Below, in pieces: positions 19,138 through 29,615 of a DNA stretch of 64,000 nucleotides. The DNA lies in the sequence record OZ035771.1; one strand, 5' to 3'. Both the position numbers and the translations under genes were made by a program. Origin of the DNA: Phapecoctavirus DIJ07P2. Under the pieces are notes generated by a model. The model saw only the letters and a list, made by a program, of their open reading frames with translations, did no database searches and was not told the origin of the DNA. Every line of letters starts with the position of its first letter. Positions within the stretch are counted from its first letter, which is position 1.

Positions 19138-19610
19138 TGGTAGATTTAACTACGATCAAAATTTCTGATCTTACACAAACAACCTCTGTGTCTGATACAG
19201 ATTTCTTTGTAACAGATCAGGCTGGAATAACAAAGAAAACTTCTTTGAAAGTGCTGTTGAGTGGTGCAGGGGTAACTAGAAACCGTCTGAATGCACGGGG
19301 AACAGTAACTAGCACCTTGGCATTAGATATTAGTTCAGCAGAATATTTTTCTGCAACTTTATCTTCTGCAACGTGCACAATTAGTTTTACTAATATTCCA
19401 GTAGCAACAAATGCAGTTTTAAACTTTACTTTAGCTTTGCGTCAAGGAAGTGGTGCAAATAAAGTCGTATGGCCTTCTTCTGTAAAATGGAGTTTTGGTC
19501 GTTCCCCAGTTTTGAGTTATCGTCAAGGTGCAACAGACACTTTTGAGTTTATCAGTTATGATAATGGAGCAACTTGGACAGGTAGCTTAGTTTTAGCAGG
19601 AGTTATTTAA
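19137..19610 (+). CDS. hypothetical baseplate protein
   Basis: 157 aa ORF, start overlaps upstream stop (TAATGG). Confidence 0.3.
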   Translation: MVDLTTIKISDLTQTTSVSDTDFFVTDQAGITKKTSLKVLLSGAGVTRNRLNARGTVTSTLALDISSAEYFSATLSSATCTISFTNIPVATNAVLNFTLALRQGSGANKVVWPSSVKWSFGRSPVLSYRQGATDTFEFISYDNGATWTGSLVLAGVI

Positions 19611-22486
19611 TGTCAAGAGTTAAGCACAATATTGACAACACGTTTCAGTTGATTGAAGGGTTGGTTCAGTTTTTGGAAAGAAATACTGGGCTTACCATAG
19701 ATCCTACGGTTCAGCATTACATTATCAACCCACAAAACGTATTGGCGAACAACAGACACTTTATTAACTGGACAGCGCAGGAAGGGCAACCAAACGGTGA
19801 CGCTACTACCGAAGGTCAATCTGTGCTTATCACTGGTTTTGCTTATGCATATTTGGCTACAGGGGATAAAAAATATCTTGAATCTGCCGAGAAGTATTGG
19901 CAAGCCTATATAGATCACTTCTTCGGGGGCCAACCTATTCCTGATCCTCCAGCTAAATATCGTCCCAACTGGATCATCAATGGTAAAGAACCACGTTTAG
20001 CACATTACCCTCTCACAGATGATGGGTATCCTACGCACGGCGGGTTCAAAGGTAGCATGATGACTTGGATTAACGGAAGGACTGTTATTCCTAAAGGTGC
20101 ACCACATTGGGGGGAATACTTAGATAAAGCTTGGTTTGCTTTCAATGGCAATCTTGGTTGGAACTCCGTTAACGCAACAGTTTATGCAACTAATCCAGAT
20201 GGTTCAACCAACTGGAAAGAATATGGAGATCAGTGGGACGTTGAATGGATTATAGATCGTCTAGGACGTAAAGTTGATTGGGATGGTAACATTTTATCTA
20301 CAGGTCACAGCTTCGCAGAATATGGAACAGTGCAACTTAAAAATGCTTCTGTGAACGGTGATTATAAATTCAACTACGCTACATGCAACCCTGTAGAACA
20401 CGGTGGATATCTGCTTAAGCGTAATGAGATGTGGCATAACCGTCCTGTAAACGTTCCGGTAGAGTTAGGCTATCAAGATAATGCTTCCGATGCTGAAACG
20501 TGGTGGTGTGATGCAAACTACTTGATGTATCAGATCACAGGAGAGAGAAAATACTGGCTTTGCTGGCAATCTTCTTTATTGTTGTGTCAAGACTACTCAA
20601 ACATCGATATGTTTGATAAATTCTTCCGTAGATCTACGACAGCAATAATTCCTTTTACAGATGGTATCTCGTATGATTACTCATACCCATCTACAGCAAT
20701 ACCTAAATATTCTCGTGACGAATTAGGATACACAGTAATTCGCCAAGATGTTTCAGCACAAACAACTCTAGAACAACAGGCAGTTTGGTTCAGAGTAGAT
20801 CAGAATTCAAAACTGCGTATTGAGTTTCAAGGTGTAGATGATGCAGGGGAAGGTGTTCTTTTCCGTCCAGAGTTAGAATTAAGCAAAACTAAGAGTGAAA
20901 CAGACACAGTGACATATCGTTGTGGCTTACCTCTTGGTGCAGCTAATATGACTAAGATGGATATACCTTTATCTAGTTTTATGCGCACCGAACCTCCTGG
21001 AGGTGGTGTATATATTATTGCTGAACCCAGAATTATTGTTGACTGGGGAAGCAATACTGTGATACAATATAAATATGCAACTGGTATTGCTGGGACAAAT
21101 AGTGATCAGATAGTTTCTGCTAATATGGATTCAGATGGTGGTTTTACTGTTGGGTTTTGGTTAACACCAACTAAAACAGCCAATTTAAAATCTATTACGT
21201 ATCGTTCATACGCAGATGATTTTAACATCACTATTACGGATTCCGCAGGTTGGAGATGGTGGGCTATGTTAGAAAAAACAAATTCTGCATGGGTTACTAA
21301 AGCTTTAAGTCCTGCTGATTTCAAATTAAGTACTTGGCAACCTAATCACGATGACACAGAGACAAAACCTTCGTCAATAAACCTGACTGCTGTTGATCAG
21401 ATCAACATTGCATTGGATTCTGAACCTGCAAATGGCTTGACAGGGGCAATCGACTTTTATTGCGTTAACGATATCCCATCTTTGTATTCTTCAGCCGCTG
21501 GCGATGATTACACAATGTATTTCAGGGTTACAGTTTCATCTGAAAATCCTTATACAGCAAAACTTGGAGATTGTACAATACTGGACTACAAACTTGACAG
21601 TTTGAATTATACTCCAGGAATCATTCCATTTTCCAATATTAGTGATCCTAATACAGCATTATATGACGGTTGGCGTGGTATTCCTTACCCAGGTTATCAA
21701 TATCCATCCTTATATTGTTTTAAAGGGAGAGATATTGACTGGGTTCGTATGAACAACAGTATAGACTTTTTATATGATTCACAAATGTGGTTTTATAATA
21801 AGTTTGCCCCTGTAATGCCTGGGCCAATGGCACAAGCTTATGTTTGGGATCGTTGGGATGCTCATAAATATGGAAACAAAAATGAGTTCACAATGTATCA
21901 TTGGAACGATAAAGCTTGGGATGGTTATGAAGCACGAGCATTCTTCTGTGCGTGTCATACGGTATACGAACTGAAAAAACGAGGAGCCGAAGTTCCTGAA
22001 AAACTTTTAACAGTTTGTAAAAACTGGATCAACTATCTGAAATGGTTCCAAGATAACAACGAAGGAAGAACACCAACAATATTTTATCCCAATGGAGAAG
22101 TGGCTGCGCCTGTAGATGACTTTACAAGTCACATGTCTGCGCTCTTTATGGCGGGATGTGCTATAATGGGGATGGCTGGATATGATTCAGAAATTCCTAA
22201 CATTAAAATAGTAGCAGACCGCTGTTTTGAACTTATTCAGGAAAACTATATTGTTCTTGGTCCTAATCACGTCATGAATGGTTGTTGGAGTGCCGCTCCT
22301 AGACCAGATAGTGATAACGGAGTCTTCTTTGGCTTCCACGCTGGAGAGTTGTTACGTGGTTTTGGGTTGTATGCTTTATACAAAAAACTTAATCCCCAAA
22401 ATGCATTACCTGTTTTGGATTCGAGCAATATTCCTGCACTTACTGTTTTGACAATGGCAAACATTAGTGTGGACGTTACCGAGTAA
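19610..22486 (+). CDS. large baseplate/tail-associated protein, possibly a glycan-degrading enzyme
   Basis: 958 aa ORF rich in W/Y/N/D, in baseplate module; no catalytic motif confidently recognised. Confidence 0.3.
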   Translation: MSRVKHNIDNTFQLIEGLVQFLERNTGLTIDPTVQHYIINPQNVLANNRHFINWTAQEGQPNGDATTEGQSVLITGFAYAYLATGDKKYLESAEKYWQAYIDHFFGGQPIPDPPAKYRPNWIINGKEPRLAHYPLTDDGYPTHGGFKGSMMTWINGRTVIPKGAPHWGEYLDKAWFAFNGNLGWNSVNATVYATNPDGSTNWKEYGDQWDVEWIIDRLGRKVDWDGNILSTGHSFAEYGTVQLKNASVNGDYKFNYATCNPVEHGGYLLKRNEMWHNRPVNVPVELGYQDNASDAETWWCDANYLMYQITGERKYWLCWQSSLLLCQDYSNIDMFDKFFRRSTTAIIPFTDGISYDYSYPSTAIPKYSRDELGYTVIRQDVSAQTTLEQQAVWFRVDQNSKLRIEFQGVDDAGEGVLFRPELELSKTKSETDTVTYRCGLPLGAANMTKMDIPLSSFMRTEPPGGGVYIIAEPRIIVDWGSNTVIQYKYATGIAGTNSDQIVSANMDSDGGFTVGFWLTPTKTANLKSITYRSYADDFNITITDSAGWRWWAMLEKTNSAWVTKALSPADFKLSTWQPNHDDTETKPSSINLTAVDQINIALDSEPANGLTGAIDFYCVNDIPSLYSSAAGDDYTMYFRVTVSSENPYTAKLGDCTILDYKLDSLNYTPGIIPFSNISDPNTALYDGWRGIPYPGYQYPSLYCFKGRDIDWVRMNNSIDFLYDSQMWFYNKFAPVMPGPMAQAYVWDRWDAHKYGNKNEFTMYHWNDKAWDGYEARAFFCACHTVYELKKRGAEVPEKLLTVCKNWINYLKWFQDNNEGRTPTIFYPNGEVAAPVDDFTSHMSALFMAGCAIMGMAGYDSEIPNIKIVADRCFELIQENYIVLGPNHVMNGCWSAAPRPDSDNGVFFGFHAGELLRGFGLYALYKKLNPQNALPVLDSSNIPALTVLTMANISVDVTE

Positions 22487-22494
22487 GGGGTAAA

Positions 22495-24648
22495 ATGAAA
22501 CAAGCTATATTTACTGTCACGCGAGACAAGAGAGTAAATGCGAGTTCATTTAACTACACGACTGTTGACGGAACAGCAGTCGCTGGTAGAGATTATATAG
22601 CAAAATCGGGAACACTTGTGTTCCCTGATGATGCTGATTCTGCTACCATTGTGGTTGAAGTATTTGAACGACCAAAGAACTCAATAGATCTTAACTTCTC
22701 CCTCCAAGTTTCAGGGATTAGTCAAAATAACATGATGGTTGAAACGACCATCAATTGTATTATAACTACTATCCAAGAAAATACTACTCCAATAACTTGG
22801 ACTACAAAAGACGTTAAAATGTTCTCTCCTATGTATTGGACAATAGATTCTCAAGCAACGGAAAGTTGTTCTATTGTATCTCATGGAGACTCTTTTACTG
22901 CAAGATTTGTAAACAGAACAACAGCAGGTTTGGCAGGGGTTATCTGGAGCACAGTTGACAAATATGACCATAAAGGTGTTGGGTATTTACCCCACACAGA
23001 TTTAAGTTCAGAGAAACTTTGGTTTAAAATGGAAATTAGTCAAAACATGCCAGGTTTTAAAGAAGAACCTTTGGCGCCAACTTTGACTGTAACTCTCTTG
23101 GATAAAAGTGTCCACTATGTTAGTTTAGGATTTTATGCTTCAGATATTTCAGAAGATGGTAAAACAGCTACAATCAAATTAGATTTTGGTAATATCTTCT
23201 CTGGTCCTAATAATGATATTCCTTTGGACATGAGTGCTGTAGATAATATTTTCTTCTCTTTGATTACAGCAAGGTATGAAGAAATAGAAGAGGTTGTACC
23301 TATTGACAGTCAAGAGGCTTGGTTTACTTTCACTCTTCTTGAACCTACCTCTGGTTACAGTATGATGAAAGTCAGCAACCTTGTCCAGCCTGAACATGAT
23401 ATTCGCATGTGCACATCTTATGATGATATGTATAACCTGACTCCAGAGAGAGTTATTTATAATACATATGCACTAGGTTATCGTGGGATGATTAACCATT
23501 ATAACGGAATGTCTCACTATTATGAGTTCTCATGGAATGGAACATCTTGGGCTTTAAATAAATCTGTTTTCCTGAATCCGGCTACAGAAGCTTGGCTTAA
23601 CAGCTTCCATTCTATAGCAAACGAGAAGGGCTACACAATAATGAACTCTTTAAGTTTTGAATTGATGAGCACAGTTTGTCCTGTAGAATGGGTCCAGCAT
23701 GATTGGAACGATGCTCTTGCAGCAACAGGGTATAAACCTCCTAGTTATGTGTTGTCTCCAACTATTGACGAAGGTATGGAATATTTGCAAAATGTTATTA
23801 ATAAAATAGCATCTATTTCGCAAGCTAATAATATTCCAGTTGTCATTCAAATTGGTGAGCCTTGGTGGTGGTATAATACAGCAAGTAAAATGCCTTGCAT
23901 ATATGATTACACTACCAAACTGGCATTCAACACAGAAACAGGTTTATTTGCACAAGATGCAGGAACAATAGATAATTATAAAACAGGAACGCCGTTTGAC
24001 GAATACTATGCATTTTTGTCTCGGAAACTAGGATTAAGAGTTACAAAGTTTGCAACAGATACTAGAGCAACTTACCCAGGAGCCAAGGTAACATTGCTTC
24101 CGTTCTTGCCATCAATTATCGGCAACGGTTTGATGGAGAAAGTTAACTTCCCGTCTGATTACTACATTCCTGAAGCTTTTGATTTTTACTGTTCAGAGTG
24201 TTACGACTGGCTTCTGGAAGGTAAAATGATGAAAGCATTCGATGCAATTACCATACCACATGAAAAATTAGGTTTTGAATATTCTGATATTCACTATCTT
24301 TCGGGTTTTGTTCCAGATGCTACTCTTGCACCTTTGTATGGCTTCGATCCTGAATCAAACTACCGCACGTATCTTTGGAAAATGATTATAGGTAATATAG
24401 TGTTGAACGCCAATAAGTTCAATGGGCTTACACAATATATATGGGCCTATCCTCAAATAATGCATGATTCCATCACGGTAGTTAATTCTCAATCCCAAGT
24501 TTTCTATATGGGTAATGTGCCTTTGAATTGTTATTTGCAAGATATCACTCTTAAACAAGCAAATGTTGAGATTGCTACCATAAGTGGAATTACATTAGCT
24601 ACTAAATCTGGAGAAGATTTAGTAACAACACAAAAATTTTATATATAG
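22495..24648 (+). CDS. tail-associated protein with N-terminal Calx-beta-like domain
   Basis: 717 aa; N-terminus FTVTRDKRVNASSFNYTTVDGTAVAGRDYIAKSGTLVFPDDADSATIVVEVFE matches the Calx-beta pattern (TxDGTAxAGxDY...F). Confidence 0.4.
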   Translation: MKQAIFTVTRDKRVNASSFNYTTVDGTAVAGRDYIAKSGTLVFPDDADSATIVVEVFERPKNSIDLNFSLQVSGISQNNMMVETTINCIITTIQENTTPITWTTKDVKMFSPMYWTIDSQATESCSIVSHGDSFTARFVNRTTAGLAGVIWSTVDKYDHKGVGYLPHTDLSSEKLWFKMEISQNMPGFKEEPLAPTLTVTLLDKSVHYVSLGFYASDISEDGKTATIKLDFGNIFSGPNNDIPLDMSAVDNIFFSLITARYEEIEEVVPIDSQEAWFTFTLLEPTSGYSMMKVSNLVQPEHDIRMCTSYDDMYNLTPERVIYNTYALGYRGMINHYNGMSHYYEFSWNGTSWALNKSVFLNPATEAWLNSFHSIANEKGYTIMNSLSFELMSTVCPVEWVQHDWNDALAATGYKPPSYVLSPTIDEGMEYLQNVINKIASISQANNIPVVIQIGEPWWWYNTASKMPCIYDYTTKLAFNTETGLFAQDAGTIDNYKTGTPFDEYYAFLSRKLGLRVTKFATDTRATYPGAKVTLLPFLPSIIGNGLMEKVNFPSDYYIPEAFDFYCSECYDWLLEGKMMKAFDAITIPHEKLGFEYSDIHYLSGFVPDATLAPLYGFDPESNYRTYLWKMIIGNIVLNANKFNGLTQYIWAYPQIMHDSITVVNSQSQVFYMGNVPLNCYLQDITLKQANVEIATISGITLATKSGEDLVTTQKFYI

Positions 24649-24656
24649 GAGTAAAA

Positions 24657-25796
24657 ATGTCAACTACAATTACTAATTTACCCGAAACATCAAAAGTTAA
24701 TGGTTCAGATTACCTGGTTTTAGATCAATCTGATAAAACTGTTAAAAGCACAGTTTCCAACTTTCTTGCTGACACTGGGGTGGTTTTAGCCACCCAGTTG
24801 AAAGATACAGATGGAGCAGATTTAATACAATCCTCAAATGGTAATACTGTTCAGGAAGAGTTGAATAACAATCTTCTTAATGATCGTGAACAGTGGCGTC
24901 GTAGTCTTGCCGAGGCTGGGTTAACTCTTGTTGATGGTAGTTTTGAAGAAGGGGCTACAGTGGGCAGTGTAACTGATGCTGTCTGGTACATAGCGGGTGC
25001 TCAGTGCTACACATGGGGGTCTGGTTTCCCTAAAGATGTACCACCTAAATCAACCCCGACATCAACTGGTGGTGTTGGAACAGGTGCGTGGGTTAGCGTC
25101 GGTGATGCATTATTGCGTGGACAACTTGCATCGTCAGATGGTCTTAAATTGATTGGGCAATGTGAAAGTTTTTCTGAACTTCAATCTGTTATTCCAGAAT
25201 ATGAAGGGCAGAGAATATTTCTTAAAGGGTGGCATTCAGGGTCTGTTCTGGGATCTGGTTGGTTCATGGCAGAATCAACCACTCAGGCTGACAACGGAGG
25301 AACCATTGCTGGTTCGGGTAGCCTTAAGTGGGTGAAAATTGAAACTGATATCAACTCCTATACATTCGGTGCATTGCCAACTGATACTGATTTTCTTAAC
25401 CCAGTTCAGGCAGCATTTGATGCTTCCGCATACACAAAATATACAGTTAACTTTACTGAAGACCATGCGTTACCGGTTTCTTCATCTGTAACTGTGAAAT
25501 CGGGATCAAAAGTTAAATGGTCAAATAATAAAGCATATATAACTCTGACAGCCGACTCTGGTTATGGTGGTGTTATTGCTTTACTTGGTGGTTACGGTGG
25601 TAACAGTGGAACATGTCAGGATGTATACATGGAGAACCCGAGAATCGACGGCGGCAATATCGGACATCCCACAGGCGATACTCAGGGACAAAATGGTATT
25701 TCAGGGGCTAATTTTGTAAAAAATGTACGCATTGTAGGTGGGCATATAAAAACTGTGCCAGGTCTAGTTCAGCTAAAGTGCCTGAATATCCAATAA
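24657..25796 (+). CDS. tailspike/tail fiber, N-terminal part (probably one gene with 25778..26893)
   Basis: 379 aa; N-terminal fiber-anchor-like segment; ends inside an apparently continuous beta-helix-like sequence; overlaps next ORF by 19 nt in -1 frame. Confidence 0.45.
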   Translation: MSTTITNLPETSKVNGSDYLVLDQSDKTVKSTVSNFLADTGVVLATQLKDTDGADLIQSSNGNTVQEELNNNLLNDREQWRRSLAEAGLTLVDGSFEEGATVGSVTDAVWYIAGAQCYTWGSGFPKDVPPKSTPTSTGGVGTGAWVSVGDALLRGQLASSDGLKLIGQCESFSELQSVIPEYEGQRIFLKGWHSGSVLGSGWFMAESTTQADNGGTIAGSGSLKWVKIETDINSYTFGALPTDTDFLNPVQAAFDASAYTKYTVNFTEDHALPVSSSVTVKSGSKVKWSNNKAYITLTADSGYGGVIALLGGYGGNSGTCQDVYMENPRIDGGNIGHPTGDTQGQNGISGANFVKNVRIVGGHIKTVPGLVQLKCLNIQ

Positions 25797-26893
25797 CAGG
25801 GGGTAAAGGTATTTATTTTGAGTATGGTGCTGAGGATGTAATGGTGTCAGATGTCACTGCGGAAAACTGTTACATAAGTTTCGGTGGCTCTGGACAAGAA
25901 CTTTATGGGTCTAACCCTGGTCACGTTCGACGCTTACAGTTCTTGGGTTGCGTTGGTATTAACTGTGAATCGGTTCTTATTGTCTCCCGTGCGTATGTCG
26001 GTAATGTTGACAACCATGATGCAGGATATTGTGATATTAAGGCGGATATAAAAGCATATAATTGTGGCCTAGGTGGTTCTCTTTCATCCTTGCCGTCTAC
26101 TGCGTTTGACCGTGGGCTGGTGATAATGGACCGTGCATCAGACTGTGATGTCAAGGTGCGTCTCATAAACCTGCCTGATTATGGAAAGATTGACTCGTTG
26201 CTGCGCGGTGTGCGCATGTACAATTGCAAAGTCGATATATCCGCCAATGCCGAAACACGCACGCTATTCAATAATAACGCAATTGTCGGAGGGCAGGTTA
26301 ACGGGGTTTTCCGTAACAACATAATCAGCCTGTCAAATATCGGTAATACCGATTATGCGGCTGATATGCTCAACCCTGATACGCAGCAGAAGGGTAACGA
26401 CGTGAAGTTGTATATAAACAACCCACTCATAGCTCTATTGCCTGCCAGTGCGTCAGGGCACGGATTGATGCTTGAGTTGATTCGCATGGATACAAACAAC
26501 CCAGTTCAGCGGATAAAAGGTCTAGCCGCTGACATTTACCGTAGATTTAATTCGTGGTCGCTAGTTCCAAATGGCAGCCTGGACCTCACTGGTGTTAGTG
26601 TTGGATCTAATTACATCAGAACTGTAAACAGAGATGGTAGCGTAACAATTAGATTCAACGTGACAATGGCAGCAGGTGGCGCGGCACAAGTATTCAACTT
26701 CCCTCTGTCCTTACCCGCAAGTGCAACTATTTTGTTTGCAAAAACGCAGAACGGCCCAGGATCAGGGGTTCAGGGTTCTCCGTCTGTGAATGCTGTGACA
26801 ACATCGAGTATCACTTTGCAGGATCAAAGTTCGTCGGCAGCTCAACATGTTGTCTATATCGAGGTGACTGGCGTGGTTCCAAACCCTGCATAA
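25778..26893 (+). CDS. tailspike C-terminal beta-helix domain (possible depolymerase), likely continuation of 24657..25796
   Basis: 371 aa, GTG start without convincing RBS; frame open upstream from 25712; G/N/V/D-rich beta-helix-like repeats; visibly more GC-rich than flanks. Confidence 0.45.
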   Translation: MPEYPITGGKGIYFEYGAEDVMVSDVTAENCYISFGGSGQELYGSNPGHVRRLQFLGCVGINCESVLIVSRAYVGNVDNHDAGYCDIKADIKAYNCGLGGSLSSLPSTAFDRGLVIMDRASDCDVKVRLINLPDYGKIDSLLRGVRMYNCKVDISANAETRTLFNNNAIVGGQVNGVFRNNIISLSNIGNTDYAADMLNPDTQQKGNDVKLYINNPLIALLPASASGHGLMLELIRMDTNNPVQRIKGLAADIYRRFNSWSLVPNGSLDLTGVSVGSNYIRTVNRDGSVTIRFNVTMAAGGAAQVFNFPLSLPASATILFAKTQNGPGSGVQGSPSVNAVTTSSITLQDQSSSAAQHVVYIEVTGVVPNPA

Positions 26894-27244
26894 AACTGTA
26901 GGTGCAAATGGGCTTCATTAAGGTTCACACAAGCTATGTCCTGCAAGCGCATGTCATCGCCATGTGATAAAATGATGAAAACATATTGTAGCAGGATTAA
27001 TCTTGTCTTTAGTTACTATCGTACTAACTCAAAGTGTTGTCACTACCACTGCAAGCCCCTCCAAAGAGGGGCTTACTTAGAAAAACAAAGAGGTTGTTAT
27101 GAACGAAATGTTCTCCCAAGGCGGTATTGCCCCAGGTATTACTGCCATTAGTCTTAGTGCTGCTGTACTTGTGCATTCAGCGGGTTCTGTAGACCTTGGG
27201 GAATTAGCTGTATATCGTGATTTAAAAAGTAATGAGAACGCACC

Positions 27245-27487
27245 ATGAGAAAATTTTTAATCGGAATGTTTTGTACTTATCCAAACAACAAAATCAGTTC
27301 TACTAAAGTGTGGAACGCACTGGGAATGCTAACCATGACAGGCATGTTTATCTTTTTAGGAATAGAAAAAGAAATTCCTGAATGGATGGGTTGGGCTTTT
27401 GTTTTCATGATAACCCCTTCTCGCCTCATGAAAAATCTTATTGATTTACGTTGGGGCAGATCACAATCTACCAAAGAGGATGACTAA
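27245..27487 (+). CDS. small membrane protein (2 predicted TM helices)
   Basis: 80 aa; hydrophobic stretches GMLTMTGMFIFLGI and WMGWAFVFMITP; stop overlaps next start (TAATGG). Confidence 0.3.
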   Translation: MRKFLIGMFCTYPNNKISSTKVWNALGMLTMTGMFIFLGIEKEIPEWMGWAFVFMITPSRLMKNLIDLRWGRSQSTKEDD

Positions 27488-28974
27488 TGGACGAATATGG
27501 TTTGACAGATGCGGGATTTGTAATCCCGACTTTTGACGATGTTCTAAACAATTATATGACAGCAGTAAAAAACACATTTGGTGCAGATGCAGCCACTTCG
27601 GAAGATACTGTGATCGGACAACTGTTTAGAATAATTGCATACACAGATTACACATTGTGGGAAGGTATGCAAGGTGTTTATAATACTCAAACACTGGATG
27701 GTGCAGAAGGTATTTATCTTGACGAAATCTTTTCTAAACGCGGTTTCTATCGAGCAGGGGCAGCAGCAAGTACAGGTTATGCCTATGTTAAGAGTAATAA
27801 CAAAGCAGCTTGGACTTATGAGTTAGGCACGGATATTTACTTCAACTCTGATAGTGATATGAACTACTATGTTAGCACACCAACTATGTTGAATGCTAAG
27901 ATTGCAGCTTATCAAATCTCTCGTGCTAATGCAACTGCTACAGGTGTTCCAAATATTACTTTTTATGCACAAAGTGCGGTGGATGGAGGACTAAACAGTA
28001 AAACACTTGCACCTGGTTCTTCTACATTTATAACCGATCTTGAAACTTTTATCAAGGCAAATTTAACAGAAGCTGATCGTAGTCTTGTATTTTCTGATTC
28101 AGGTAACTTATCAATTGGTTTTACTTCTTTAACCAGTGATACTCCAGTGGGACTGGTAACTCCTATTAAATTTTATGCTAGTGTTCCGGTTGGAACCAAG
28201 TGGAGTGAGATTCCGGTAGTTGCAGCAGAGAAAGGATACAATCCTGTTGGTGTGGAGTCTATTACAGGGATATCTTCTACCTTTACAGGTTATCTTGACA
28301 GTGGTAACTTCTATTCATTTTCTCCTGGTCGAGATGTTGAGACAGACGCAGAATTCCGCTCTCGTTTCAATGACAACGTTGATGAAGCTAACGCAGGGAC
28401 ACGAGCAGCTATTGTGAAAGCTCTGTTACTTACAGATGGTGTTACTAAGGTGAAGATTTATGATAACCCTACGTTACATGATCAAGAACACGCTCCAGCT
28501 ATGACTTTCCAGACTATAGTTTATGGTGGCAGTGCAGAAGAAATTGCAAATGTTATCTATAAAACCAAACCAATCAACACTTTGACACACGGAACAACTA
28601 ACATAACAGTTACAACAGAAGATGGAGGACAAGAAATTATTCGCTTCTCTCCTGGTGCTTCTGCTATGTATTCCGTAAAACTTGTTTATCAAACTGTCAA
28701 CGGAACAACTTTAAGTGGAACAGAAAAACAAAACATTGTAGAAGCTTTACAAAACCTGCAAGCTTACTTTGAGTTAGGTTCTTCAGTAACAAACGATCAA
28801 ATCAAAGGTGTTATTTACGCAGCACTTGCTTTTGGACGCTTGACTTCTCTTCGTGTTTATGTTAAACTTAATACTGAGGATGACAGTAAATATACAGAGA
28901 ATAATATAGTTCCTGCTTATAATGTTGTCCCTTCTTTTGACCTTGATAACATTTCTTACGAGTATGGAGTGTAA
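27487..28974 (+). CDS. baseplate wedge protein (gpJ/gp6-like, positional)
   Basis: 495 aa ORF with GAGGA RBS, upstream of small wedge-like gene and tail fiber gene. Confidence 0.4.
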   Translation: MDEYGLTDAGFVIPTFDDVLNNYMTAVKNTFGADAATSEDTVIGQLFRIIAYTDYTLWEGMQGVYNTQTLDGAEGIYLDEIFSKRGFYRAGAAASTGYAYVKSNNKAAWTYELGTDIYFNSDSDMNYYVSTPTMLNAKIAAYQISRANATATGVPNITFYAQSAVDGGLNSKTLAPGSSTFITDLETFIKANLTEADRSLVFSDSGNLSIGFTSLTSDTPVGLVTPIKFYASVPVGTKWSEIPVVAAEKGYNPVGVESITGISSTFTGYLDSGNFYSFSPGRDVETDAEFRSRFNDNVDEANAGTRAAIVKALLLTDGVTKVKIYDNPTLHDQEHAPAMTFQTIVYGGSAEEIANVIYKTKPINTLTHGTTNITVTTEDGGQEIIRFSPGASAMYSVKLVYQTVNGTTLSGTEKQNIVEALQNLQAYFELGSSVTNDQIKGVIYAALAFGRLTSLRVYVKLNTEDDSKYTENNIVPAYNVVPSFDLDNISYEYGV

Positions 28975-28976
28975 AA

Positions 28977-29606
28977 ATGGCAGTGAGTGTTGACCATGTA
29001 ACAACTTGGGCCAGTATCAATGAAGATGTTAAAAACCTTCTGATTGAAGATTTTAAATCTTCTCCTAACATTGTCAAGCTCCTCTACATCGTATCCAGTG
29101 AAAAGCAAAAGATAGATCAGGCAATGATCTATCTTGCTAAACACCGCTTGATCTCTACAGCCACAGGCAAATACCTAGATATTCTAGGGGAAGAAATGGG
29201 GATCGAACGTAATGGCTCTGATGATGAAGAGTATAGAACAATATTAAAAATCAGGGCTTACCGCGTAGCCTCATCGGGGACTCGTGGTGACATAATTGAT
29301 ATCTTCGCCCGTTTCACAGGAACAGAGCGTGAAACGCTTAATACTTACGTAGGTTTGAATAAAACCTTTGATGTGTTTTTCTACAACCTGTGTCTTCAAT
29401 CTGATCAAGCTTTAGAGCAGTTGCTAAGTGTTTTCCCTATTATTAGTAGCTACCGTCTTGGAGCAAAAGCAGGATCAGCTTTTGGTTTTAGTTCTTATTA
29501 TGCTACCAAACCGCCTCATGGTATTGGTGGTTTAGGTTCCCTGTACATGGAATCTACTGGGGATGAAACAGGACGCATGTGTACGCTTCTCAAGCAAATA
29601 GATTAA
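28977..29606 (+). CDS. baseplate wedge/tail fiber attachment protein (gpI-like, positional)
   Basis: 209 aa ORF between J-like gene and tail fiber gene. Confidence 0.3.
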   Translation: MAVSVDHVTTWASINEDVKNLLIEDFKSSPNIVKLLYIVSSEKQKIDQAMIYLAKHRLISTATGKYLDILGEEMGIERNGSDDEEYRTILKIRAYRVASSGTRGDIIDIFARFTGTERETLNTYVGLNKTFDVFFYNLCLQSDQALEQLLSVFPIISSYRLGAKAGSAFGFSSYYATKPPHGIGGLGSLYMESTGDETGRMCTLLKQID

Positions 29607-29615
29607 GGAGTTTAA

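Noticed and set aside
26894-27244. Cys-rich 71 aa ORF (26936..27151), a 49 aa RBS-preceded ORF near 27099, and a perfect hairpin AAGCCCCTC-CAAA-GAGGGGCTT
   Set aside because: Too short or compositionally odd to call as genes with confidence; the hairpin lacks a T-run, so terminator function is uncertain. The region may be the 3' flank of the acquired tailspike cassette
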